A stretch of DNA of 64,000 bases, from NCBI GenBank assembly GCA_965219415.1, contig OZ244742.1, positions 1 through 64,000 of the forward strand, given 5' to 3'. Under the pieces are notes generated by a model, which had not been told where the DNA came from, did no database searches, and worked only from the letters and a program-made list of their open reading frames with translations. The stretch comes from Candidatus Marinacidobacterales bacterium. GTDB taxonomy: Bacteria; Acidobacteriota; Vicinamibacteria; Marinacidobacterales; DATDRI01. Shown one piece after another: positions 30,878-41,443 of this stretch. Position 1 is the first letter of the stretch. Each line of letters starts with the position of its first letter. The position numbers and the translations under genes are program-made.

Positions 30878-31612
30878 ATGCTCCGGATGTCGCTCCTTCT
30901 CGTCGTGTCTCTCGCCTGGTGGTACAGGTACTCGCTTCTGAGCGGCGCGGTCGCCTTCGGGGTCGCGCTCTGCGTGCTTTACGGCCTCGGCATCTATGCT
31001 CTATCGCAACAACATCTCTACCTCCCGCTCGGCGGACCGGCCGTCTTCCTCGCCCTTGCCGTCTGCGGGCGTTTCACCCTTAAAGCCACGGTCGCGTTTC
31101 GGCAACGCCGAGAGTACGAGCGTTCCTTCGCGCATTACGTGAGTCCCGAAGTGCTGGGCGAGATCCTCGCCGGCCGAATTCGACCCGAGATGCGCCCGGA
31201 GCGCCGACGGGTCTCGGTCTTGTTCCCCGATATTCGCGGCTTTACCCCTCGGAGCGAACAACAGGCCCCCGAGGTCACCATCGACTTGCTCAACGAGTAC
31301 TTCGAGGAGATGGTGGCGGCGGTGCACGCACACGGCGGTACAATAGACAAGTTCATGGGTTGACGGAATGATGGCCTTCTTTGGTGCACCGGGCGACCGT
31401 GACAACCCGGCACGGGACGCGTTCGAGGCGGCTAAAGAGATGCTGAGCCGACTCGAAAGTCTCAACCAGCGGCTGAAGGCGCGGGGGTTCGATCCCGTGG
31501 CGATCGGTATTGGCCTTCACAGCGGGGAGGTCGTCATCGGACACGTCGGCGCGGCGGCGCGGCACGAATACACGGCGATCGGCGATACGGTGAACACGGC
31601 GTCGCGCAGGTT
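30878..31612 (+). pseudogene. Class III adenylate/guanylate cyclase (membrane-anchored) shard
   Basis: F.HYVSPEV, VLF.DIRGFT, DKFMG(D)GMMAFFGAP, IGIGLHSG and EYTAIGDTVNTASR motifs. Extra base at ~31360. Confidence 0.85.
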
Positions 31613-31805
31613 GGTGAACGTATGGGCCGGCATGAGGGCGGATGCAATTTCGTCGGAGCACACGATGGGATGCTCGAGCGTCTTGGTGAGCCCTTCGAGG
31701 TGGGCCAACAACCCATCAAGGGACGAGCCCCCATGCAAGCTGTTCGGCTGGCGGCCGCCCGCGGCTGCCACATTTCGCGCTAGTCATGCGAGGAGAAACA
31801 AAAAG

Positions 31806-32420
31806 GGGTCTACGCGGATTCGTGTGGGTTGAAAACTGCATTTCTGGGTAATGGCGGAAGGAAAGCCGCCACGATCTTCAGCTTGAGATATTCCTCGTCG
31901 CGATAGCCGTAGGCGCGTCGTTGCAGAACACGGATTTTGTTGTTGACCCCTTCAACTAGGCCGAGACTGACTTTGTTCTCCGGATGACAGTAGGAGGCGA
32001 TACCATCCCAATGGGACTCAATCATACCGGCGAACTTCTGGTACGGATGCAGGCGTTGCCATTTGAGGCTGTCTTTCCAACGGGTGAAAAAGGCGCGAGC
32101 GCCGCGTTCGGTGCGGTAATCCCAGAGTTGCCCGAAGGCCTCCTTCAAAATATAGGCGGTGTTCAGGCGCCGGTTGGCCTGGAGCAACTTTTTGAGTGCG
32201 CGGCGACCGTCTAGGCTCAGGTTCTCCCGCCGGGAAAGCAAAGTGTAACGCTGCCCCTTGATGTACGACCGGTCCTTGCCGCTGAGGCGTTTGTACTCAC
32301 CGCGCCGGACCTCATCGAGGGCCTTTGACAGATGACGCATGATATGAAACTTGTCGAAGATGATCCGCGCATTAGGCGCGTTGTGAATCACCGAGTTCCG
32401 GAAGGGCTTCCACATATCCA
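31806..32420 (-). mobile_element. ISL3 element 3' half (second copy, inverted)
   Basis: Reverse-complement copy of ~23836-24450, including the right IR. Confidence 0.92.
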
Positions 32421-33379
32421 CATACCCTCAGTCCATGGAGTTATTGCGCAACGCCGTGAAACGAAAGCTTCTGGCATGGCGATTCAGGGTTAGAACGGAA
32501 GTCTATGTTGCACGACTTTGAAAACAAGTGGCGCGCAGATATCAGCGAACTACCAATGACGGTCAGGGATGAGAAGGATGAAATCATCACCCCTGGACGA
32601 TGCTGAGAACGTCGAAGTCGGATTTCAGCGGGTTTAAGCCAGTACTTTGAGTAACTCCGTAGACAGCCTGGAAAAAGGCTTTGGCGTTCATGTCGACGCA
32701 TGGAGTCGATGACGAGCGAATCTACGACATCCTGTGTCACGTAAACCAAGCCCACCTCCACCACGCGGCAGCGCGCTTCACTAGGGTCAGTGAAATGCCT
32801 GCGCCGGGCGCGCCCAAAGGCGGTCCAGCGAGGTGGCGAGGGCGGAGGGACAATCTCAAGGGACGGTGTTTCGAGAGGATCCTAGGTGTCCTCTTGGAGG
32901 GGTGCGAGACATTTTCCTCCTGGGCTCGAGTCCAATCCACAACGAACGAGCTGGACTGGCTCGTCACGCTCAGCCCGCGCGCCTCGTGGCTTCCAACCCT
33001 CCGACTGTGGGGGACCCACTTCTGTGCGAGTGCAAGTCCGAGAACGTTCACGTCAGAGTCGCCTGGGTTGATGCAATGGGCACCAAGATTCAGACACACG
33101 GTGCCCACGTCGGAGTGATCTTGAGCCAGAAAGGCGTGGGCCGAACGGGAAACCAACGGAGGGCGGCTGAGCAAATCCGCTTGCTATCCCTAGCGCCCCC
33201 GCCCAGAGTCGTTCTCTCGATTGACCAGCAGGACGTCAATTTTTGCATTGGCGGCGGCAACTTTCTTCAGCTTCTTTCGAACAGGTACGTCGAGGCGAAG
33301 GCCGGCGCGGACAAGTTCAGAATGCTTACCAAGTGAGACCTCAAGAAAGAATGTCGGTCGCACCCGACGGTTGAATACC

Positions 33380-33507
33380 GCGCCAGCCCAAGAGCTCAAG
33401 CCGATTCAGCTCCTTGACGCTCATTGTCAGGGTCCTCGCATCGTCCATGTCGGTCTCCAGGCTCGACAGGATGCCTTGAAACCCGACATTTGCATATTGC
33501 GCCTACA
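33380..33507 (-). mobile_element. ISNCY-like element left end with transposase start
   Basis: Minus strand TGTAGGCGCAATATGCAAATGTCGGG..., then MDDARTLTMSVKELNRLELLG. Confidence 0.5.
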
Positions 33508-33512
33508 ATCGT

Positions 33513-33540
33513 ACGTCCGATAAGATGTATTATGTTAAAT
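33513..33540 (+). other. dif: dif site (XerC/XerD recombination site)
   Basis: ACGTCCGATAA-GATGTA-TTATGTTAAAT has the 11+6+11 layout. The right arm is identical to the canonical XerD arm. Confidence 0.85.
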
Positions 33541-33548
33541 CCCAATTT

Positions 33549-33893
33549 CGCACGCGGGCTCGTGGCACCCGGAGCTCGCGAGTTCCCACCGACGTCGTCA
33601 CGCGACGGGTTTCGGCTCCGTTGCGATATCCACGGCGGTCTTCCGCACGCTCGTAGCTACAACACCCTAGCGCTTGGTCGACTTCTTCCTCAAGCACAAC
33701 CTCGATCGCCTCCAGTACCCGCTTACGCAGCCGAAGTTGGACGAACTCCCGGTACTCGCTTACAGACTCCTTCAATATGGTGGTAGGCTTCTTCATGGCG
33801 TAATCCTCCTCCTCGCCTTTACAGGCGTGGTTTCGTTTTGCTTAACCGGAGGTTTACGCCATTCTTATTTCCACGGGAAGCGGGACGGATCCC
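33549..33893 (-). mobile_element. IS256 type D left-end remnant
   Basis: Near-identical to 16564-16905. ORF 33530..33796 is the transposase N-terminus. Confidence 0.88.
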
Positions 33894-34389
33894 GAGTACT
33901 GATGTCGGGAGAGTCACCGAAGAAACCCTGGGTGTTCGAGGAGCCTTCGAAGTTCGCCCACTGGTGGCGGTAGACGGCAAGCGACCATTTCTCGGAGGGA
34001 TAAACGAACGACAGGTAGGACAGGCCCGAAAGCGTTGTCCGAAGATTCGGAGACGGCGCAAGCCCGCCGTCTGATCGAGACCGATGCCGGATGGAAGATC
34101 AGATAGTCTCCCTCCCTACGGTAAAAGGTGTGGTGTAGCCCCAGAGTCTTCCCTTGACGGAAATCTCCGCTCGAACCAGCTGCTGCAAACCAGCGGGATT
34201 GGCGAAGGCCGCGGTGGCGTCGTCCGCGAGCGGGACGAAGGCACCACCCAGACCCAGACTGCGCGCGCCGGAGTTGGAGAAGCTGAATTGAAAAGTGGTG
34301 AGGCCGGCCTGGGCCCATGCTTCGCCGGCCACGAGAGCCAACGCTAAAAAGACCGTGGCGATTCTCGTGATGTCCAAAGCCCTAGGCAT
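33894..34389 (-). pseudogene. OmpP1/FadL-family outer membrane protein N-terminus, truncated by IS256
   Basis: Signal peptide then FSFSNSGARSLGLGGAFVPLADDATAAFANPAGL. Confidence 0.75.
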
Positions 34390-35965
34390 ATCTAGCGACT
34401 CTGTAGACCCTCGAGCGCTGAGCGGAGTACCTGAGTGTTCTGGTACCTCTTGGCGGGATCTTTTTCCAAGCAGCGTCTTCATCTCCATCCAGCAAGACGT
34501 TCTGCGGCTTGATGTCCCGATGGAGCACCTTGTGCGCATGCGCCGCCTCCAAAGCGGCGGCCAGTTTCGCACCGATCGCCGCACACCTTGCCTCGGCGAG
34601 CGACGCCTCTGCGCTTATCAAACTCCCGAGCGTTTGACCATCGACCCACTGCATCGTCAGGTATTTCTTGCCTCCGAACTCCCCGGGATGATACATCCGG
34701 AGGACGTTCGGATGGCCGATGTCTCGGGACAAAATGATTTCTTTGCGGAAACGCTCTAGCACTGCCTCGTTCCTGGCGAACTTCGAGCGTAGCACCTTGA
34801 TGGCGATCTTCACTTGCAGCAGCTTGTCGTAGGCCTTGTAGACGATCCCGGTCGCGCCTTCCCCAGCTTGCTCTAACAGTTGGTAACGACTGTCGAGGAC
34901 TCCCAGTCCCAGATCGTGCCCAAGAGTCGTATCCTCGGTCGAGATTCCCGCCGGCGGTGAGTCCGCCGAAGATTGCTCCATACTCGCCAAATCCTTCATC
35001 CACCGCCGAAAGAAATAATTCACCAAGATGTAGCGGCGCTCCACGTTGCGGCGGATGAATCCCAGTTGCTCGAGACGATTGAGGCTGTCCCGGAGGGCTC
35101 CCACGGTAATGCTAAGGCTTTCCTGAATAGAGTCGCTCGCCGCCGCGGATTGGTCGGCGATGATCCGGACGATATCGCGCTCGCTCTCGGACAACATCTC
35201 GAAATCAACGGAAAAGAAGTAGCTGACCATTCGATCGGTGGCTACGTGCTCGAGAGCTTCTTCGAGATCTGTCAACTCCAAGTACCGTTTGCAGACCAGC
35301 TGAATGAGGTAAGGGTGGTTATCACAACGCGCGCGAATGGTCTCCACCGTCTCATCGTCGAAATTCGACCGAGACGCTCGGGAGAGGTTGGTTTGTCGGA
35401 TCAGCGAGCGTGCCTCGTCATCGGACAGTGTCTGGATATATAGAGGCGGAGTGAACCCGTGGAGGAATGGGGAGGTGTCTCCTTTTTGCTCGGCGAGAGC
35501 CCACAACCGAATCGTGGAGGCGAATACGGAGCGAATCCCCTCGCGCGACTGCATCTCCCGCCGAAGCTTACGCAAGAGAGACGGCTCCTTCTGGTTGAGC
35601 CGGATGAGCTCCTCCACCTCGTCGCAGAGCAAAGAGAAGCTGCAAATCCCGCGAGCGCAGCTGGCGTCGAAGGCGCCCCAAGGACACGAACAAATCGTCG
35701 GCCTCGATTTCCGCTAGCGACACGCCTATTTGCTCCAGGCGCTCTTCGGCATCGAGCAGTCCGTCGGCGAAATCTGCGTGCAGCTCATCGGGGTTCCTCG
35801 GAACCCTGCAGATCCCAGAAGATGGGGAAATAACCGCGCTCCGGATCGGATGCGGTCACATACTCGACCTGCTTCAGAAGCGAGGTCTTCCCGATCCGCC
35901 GGGTGCCCAACAGGGCAAAGGCAATTACGCGGCCCATCTAGAATTTCGCCGATCTGTGCTACCCG
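34382..35965 (-). pseudogene. P-loop ATPase (STAND-like)-winged helix-Ser/Thr kinase fusion, frameshifted and truncated
   Basis: Walker A LGTRRIGKTS (~35900), Walker B LLCDEVE and NHPYLIQ. Kinase GEGATGIVYKA..AIKVL..HRDIKPQN; DFG and the C-lobe are missing. Confidence 0.75.
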
Positions 35966-38009
35966 CTCCCACTGCTTCTTTATCTCGACCCCCGAGACCA
36001 CGGAGACGAGATTCTCGGCGAAACTCTTCATGAAGAGGCTTCTCAGTTTCTGATTGATCTTGGGGTCGTACTCGTTGAGCTCCATCGACCTCATCGATCA
36101 GAAGGACGAGCTTGACTTGTTTGGAGCTTTTCTCCTTGAGCATCTGGGAACGCTCGAGCCGGGGAAGTGGGCCGATTTAGTCATCCTCACGGACGACGGG
36201 GTAGAAGTCGAACTGAGGATCCTCGAGGCCCTCCAGCCGCTTCTTGAGCTGGTGTTGAATGGAAGTCTTCCCGATGCGCCTCTCACCGTAGAGGAGGAGA
36301 CTATTGTTGTGGATCGTTTGCAAGATCCGATCGATCAACCTCGTTCGACCGAAGAATAACTTCTCGTCGAGTACCGGCGCTCCCGCCACGTAAGGGTTGA
36401 AGCGGCGCTTGAGGAGTCGCTCGCGTCTTCGTACGCGTTGTCCGTAGAGAGGACCCCACCCAGACCAACCAGAAAACGCGCTCAGGGCCAAGTAGAACCA
36501 CCACGCGCGGTAAAAGTACCGCTGGTAGTCGACTATGTACTCGCTGCTCGACTTCAGGTTCTCCGCGTCGGTCGCTACCAGTCTGAAGGTCGAGAGACCC
36601 AATGGCAGCCGCTCGTCCAAGGTGAACTCGGTTGATGTAGTAGTCGCCCAGTGGCTGACTGCTACTCGCTCCTTGAACCTCACGATTCTCGCGATCGTAG
36701 AACGTGATCTCGACCGGGGAGTCGTCGATGATGACGCCACTCAGGCGGAAGTCCGCATGCGCGACTAGCTGGATGAGAGATCCGTCTTCCGCCTCTTCTC
36801 TGAAGTCGGCGAAACGAATGGCAGGTGGAATGTTACCTCCCGCCCCGGTTCCGAGAAGTCTCTGGCTGATCTCCCGGTAGGCTCTGGCCAGCAACCCGAG
36901 GGCGGTCGAGTTACCGGCGTCGAGAGCAAGCACGCGATTGGCCATGGAGAGAGCTTTCTCGAAACGACCGGCCCCGAAATCGGAATCCGCCTGCGCCAAC
37001 ATGGTCTCGAGCGACTCGCTCCGGGCTCTCGCCTGCTCGGCCCGTGCCCGGGCCTCGAGCAGCCGGTCCTGTAGTCTGACGGCTTGGTGGTTCGACGGAT
37101 CCAAGGCGACGACGGTCTGGAGTCGAGCTAGCGCGCCCTCGAGGTTTCCTTGTGCTTCCAACGCTGCGACTTCCTTCAAGCCATCCACAACGAGGACACC
37201 GCGCCTACGAGTGTCCTCCCTACCTTTCGATCTCAAGAAGGAGTCTCGCCTGGGCATTGCCTAATAGCGACTCGAGCTCCGGGCTCGGCTTCAGGGAGTC
37301 GGCCTGCTTCAAAACGCTCAGGGCTTCGCTGTACTGTCCGGAGTCGAGGAGCGTCCGACCGGCTCGACCAACCGAGCCACCCGCGCTTCGCGTTCACGCT
37401 CCTCCTGCTGCCGGGCGACTCTTTTCCGCAACCTCTCCAAAACTTCCAACGCCTCGAGGTCCTCCGGGGCCACCGCCAATCCCCGACCAAGCGCGCTCAT
37501 CGCCTCGTCCAACCGGTCCCCCGCCTCTAAACTTCTCGCCTCCTCGAGACTCTCGATGACGATCTGCCGAACGCGCTCGCCCTCCTGGGCGAGGCGATCC
37601 TTACGTCCCTCCTCGGCCAGGCCGCGGAACGCCTGGAGCTCGTCGAGCGCGCTCTTGGACTGCGTGACGGCTCCGAGCCTTTCTTCGGTTTCGAACGCTT
37701 GGAGAGCGGCGTCGAACTGCCCGAGCTCGTAATAGGCGATGCCGAGCTTGAGGTAAGGAAAGTACGAGATGATCTTCATCCCGTAGCTGCGCACGCGGGC
37801 GCCGGAATCCCCCTTTCTTTCTAGGGCCTCGTTGATCTGCTCTATCGCTTCCGCCCAGTTCTGGGCTTCGAGCGCCCTCTCCGCTTTTTCGTAATGCTCA
37901 TACCAAGGATCCGCCGAGGCGAGTTTCGTCGAGCCCATCGCTACTACCATCAGAACGAGGATGGCGGCGACCGGTGGGCGGGCAACTCGGGGGATAGCGA
38001 AGTGGTCAT
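35965..38009 (-). pseudogene. Signal peptide-TPR-transmembrane-P-loop ATPase protein, frameshifted with an internal deletion
   Basis: TPR helices (YLKLGIAYYELGQFDAALQAF) and TM segment WWFYLAL, then RRFNPYVAGAPV..FFGR..LYGERRIGKTS and Walker B LVLLIDEVD. Confidence 0.7.
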
Positions 38010-39692
38010 GAATCGTCGCTCTCGGCCGGCCACTTCGACGGGAGGCTCACAACGAAGGCCGTCCCCTTACCCGGCTCACTGGAGACGCGGATCTCGCCGC
38101 CTTGCTCTTGAACGACTTGCCTAGCCGTGAAAAGACTCCAGTTCCCAGCCGATATGCGGCCCTCGGCTATCTGAAAGCCCCGGATCGAAAAGACGCGCCA
38201 GTTCCTCGGGCGGCATCCCACGACCGTTGTGCCGGAGCCGAATCTCCACGATGTCTCCGTGGGTGTGAGTGGAGATCTCGATCTTCCCGCAATCCGAATC
38301 TTGCTGGCAGGCCTTCCATCGCATAGCGAAGCAAACCAGGAGAAGGCGGTGCTCAACGACTGTCGGTGGCAGAGCACCGGGCGAAGTTCTTCCAAAGCAA
38401 GAAGAACCTCCACCGATGGTGCGTCCATGAGGGCGACGACGTCCGAGAGCAGCTCGTTCAAGTCAACCGCCTGCGTCTCCGAACGATCCAGGTTCGTGAA
38501 GCGTTGGATGCGCGAGATGACTTGCTCCATCCGCTCGAGGGATTGATCCAAAGACTTCCGCAGATCGGCCTGCACCGCTTCCAAGCGACTTCTGCTCCTC
38601 AGGCGGCGCGCGCGGATCCTTTCTTTGCAGCCGCAAGCACCAGTGTATCCACGGCGCTCTTGAGGGCCCCCGAGCGGAGTGTTGAACTCGTGGCTCAGGG
38701 CGGCCGCCAAGCGGCCAAGACTTCGCCACGTTCTCGGCGATCAACACCCAGCGCTGCATTTCCCACCGCTCGCGCTCGATCCGTTCGCGCTCGATCCGTA
38801 TCCCGGCCACATTGGCCATGGCGGTCAAGAGGCTCAGATCGTCGCCGGTGAACTTTCGCCGCTGGTCCAAAGAGTCGAGATACATCAGACCGATGACACG
38901 ATCTTCGGTTTGAAGCGGAACCGCGATCAGGGAATGCACGCCTTGATCCACGATCGTTTGGCTGCCTTGTAGCAATTGGTTCCTGGAGCACGTCACTGAC
39001 CAAGAGCGACGTCTTTTCCTTCAGAACCTTGTCCCGCACGCTGGTACTGATCCGAAGCTCTGCGCCACGGGACGCTTGTACGACGAGCCGATCTCCCTCA
39101 TCGAGCGTCAGCAAGACTCCACGCTCGGCGCTCACCGCTTCCAAGGAGAGATCGAGGGTAATGCGGAAAAGCTCCGGCAGGGGCCGCCGGACCGCTAACT
39201 CGCGACCGGCCCGCACGAACGCCCACAGTGCGCTGACCTGGGGCCCGGTCGCAACCGCGGGAGCGACCCGGGTGTCCGATCGTCCCGAGGACAGAATTTC
39301 CTCTAGGGAAGTGCTCTTCGGCGCTCAACTGCTCCCGCGCGTCGGACGGCGGCTCGAATCTCACATGACGAGTGCCTGTGCTTGGCGCGGAAAATGTCAT
39401 CGCCACACAGCTCGCGGTGATGCGATCACCCGGCTCGAGGCAGTGTCTGCTTTTCACCAGGACTCCGTTCACCAACGTTGCCGTTCTTGCTGGCAAGATT
39501 CCTTACGAACCACCGGTCGTCCTCCTTTTCGAGGACCAAATGCCGGCGGGATAGTCCGTCATCTTCGGGAAAGGATAGAGTGTTCGTGGCGGACCTACCG
39601 AGAGAGACTCGATTGCCTTGGAGACGCACCGATCGACTCCGGCCGGCGGGGTCGATGACGAGAATCTCCGGGACGGGTTGAGAGGCATTCAT
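38006..39692 (-). pseudogene. FHA-GAF-histidine kinase hybrid, frameshifted
   Basis: FHA (LGRS..SRRH..SKNGTLVNG), GAF (SLIAVPL..VIGLMYLDS..F..DDL), HisKA (LSHEFNTP) and HATPase (HNGRGM, SEPGKGTAF). Confidence 0.78.
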
Positions 39693-39891
39693 CGCGCTGT
39701 AATCCGAAAAGGAGGCTCGCGCGTGCATTATAGAGCATCACCACCAGAGGGCGGGACTCGCTCAGGCTCCATACTCTACGGAGACGTCTGAGGCAGAATG
39801 CTCGGCTCGCACCCGGCCTCGGGTCAGTGACACCGCTCCCCAGTTTCACACGATCAGTCGAAGACCTGCCATAATCGGGATCCCGAACGAC

Positions 39892-40017
39892 TCAACTATA
39901 CACATCCTTCCGATCGCCGACCTTCAAGTCAATGATGACCAGCCTTTTGCCGGAGACGCTATAGAGCACTCGATAGCGACCGATTCGAATCCGAAAGACG
40001 TCGTCGTACCCCGTGAG
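39892..40017 (-). pseudogene. RelE/ParE-family toxin C-terminal shard
   Basis: LTGYDDVFRIRIGRYRVLYSVSGKRLVIIDLKVGDRKDVYS*. Confidence 0.75.
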
Positions 40018-40288
40018 TCTCCGGGAACAAGAAGCACTTTGGAAGGATCGACTGGCTCAAGGTAGTAGAACCCCGAGGAGGAGCTCTAACGCACGCCAAA
40101 ATAGGCAAGCGACTCCGTGTCGCCTGCTTCCCTCTTCTTTCTACCGTGAAGACAACTTCTTCTGCGCGGTGTGGAGATTTCCTCTTTTGACAAACGGTGC
40201 TAGGCATCACAGAATGTCCCGCCCTTTCGGGTAAACATCCAACGCTCCTCTCGCCGATCGCTCAGTCATAACAGCAGGAGTTTGAGCG

Positions 40289-40852
40289 ATGACCAAGAAA
40301 ACGTTCGCAACGCTGATCCCCATTCTGTTTCTCGGCGCCCTTCTAGCGCTCTCCAACACCGGTTATTCAAGCGATGACGATAGCAGCGACGGCTCCCACG
40401 ATAGCGATAGCAGTGACAAGAAGGACCCCCGTTTGAGCTTCGCGGCCAAGGCAACGGGGGCCCAGGAGGTCGGCGCCGTCATGACCGATGGCACCGGCCG
40501 GGTCGAGGCCCGTTTCGATGCGGGCTTCACGCGAGTGAGCGTCCGGTTGCGGGTTGGCGGCCTGTCCGGTGACGTCGTCGCCGCTCATTTTCATTGCGCG
40601 CGCCCGGGAGTGAATGGCCCGGTAGCCTTCGGCTTCATCAACCCTGGGCCTTGTGTTCTCAACGATGGGAGGTTGAGCTGCACCTTCGGGAACGAAAACT
40701 TCACCGGTGCGGACTGCGAGCCGACCGCTGGTCGACCGGTGAGCAACATTGCAGCTCTCGCGCTCGCGATGCGGGATGGTCTGATCTACACCAACGTCCA
40801 CACGATGAACAATCCGGGTGGAGAGGTCCGAGGGCAAATGCTGGAGAAATGA
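40289..40852 (+). CDS. Secreted CHRD-domain protein
   Basis: Signal peptide; GAQEV, AAHFHCARPGVNGPV and YTNVHT.NNPGGEVRGQ motifs. Confidence 0.88.
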   Translation: MTKKTFATLIPILFLGALLALSNTGYSSDDDSSDGSHDSDSSDKKDPRLSFAAKATGAQEVGAVMTDGTGRVEARFDAGFTRVSVRLRVGGLSGDVVAAHFHCARPGVNGPVAFGFINPGPCVLNDGRLSCTFGNENFTGADCEPTAGRPVSNIAALALAMRDGLIYTNVHTMNNPGGEVRGQMLEK

Positions 40853-40900
40853 TTGCGAGATCGTAGATTCTCGTGGGGTCGAGCCCTTTTCGAGTCCTCG

Positions 40901-41428
40901 CTATTTTCGCTTCGACACGTAGCGCTCGACGACTGTCTTTAGTGTCGCGCTTCGAAGGCCGTACTCTACCGCTTCTTTCATGGCTTCTTCTTCGGACGCA
41001 TCTCCGAAGAGCGCCCGGTAGATGTACCACATGCCTCCGACCCGATTGGAGCTTCCGCAATGCATAAGGACCGGCGCGGCGTCCGGGTCTCCGAGTAGGT
41101 CCGCGAGCTGGCCGACCTTTTCCTCAGTAATTGAAAACGTCGTGATGGGGATATTGACGTAGGTCATACCGAGCTCTTCAACGACCTTCTTCTCATCGAA
41201 GCTCATCTCGTCGGCTGGCCGAAGGTTGATGACGGTCTTGAAGCCGGCCTCCTTGAGCTTCTGAAAGTTGTCCTCGGAAGGCTGCCCGGCGTAAACGATC
41301 TTCCCATCTGCCGAGCGCGTGTAGTTGGGAATAGCCTTCGCCAGCGGCTCGGCGGCTTCGGTTTGCGCGTGGGCTCCCGAGGTTGCCAAGAGACCGGCAA
41401 GAAGAAAAAGAACAAAGCGTTGTTTCAT
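40901..41428 (-). CDS. Secreted PTP-like / DUF442 (Blh-type) phosphatase or sulfurtransferase
   Basis: GQP, GFKTVINLRP and HCGSSNR (CX5R) motifs. Confidence 0.85.
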   Translation of the reverse strand: MKQRFVLFLLAGLLATSGAHAQTEAAEPLAKAIPNYTRSADGKIVYAGQPSEDNFQKLKEAGFKTVINLRPADEMSFDEKKVVEELGMTYVNIPITTFSITEEKVGQLADLLGDPDAAPVLMHCGSSNRVGGMWYIYRALFGDASEEEAMKEAVEYGLRSATLKTVVERYVSKRK

Positions 41429-41443
41429 TTGGGAGAGTCTCTC

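Noticed and set aside
31355-31370. TGA inside the cyclase gene as a third selenocysteine codon
   Set aside because: The downstream sequence is in a different frame. Removing one T restores the conserved DKFMGDG motif, so this is a frameshift.
23065-32420. Composite transposon formed by inverted ISL3 copies
   Set aside because: The first copy has its own target duplication and the second lacks its outer end, so independent insertions are more likely.
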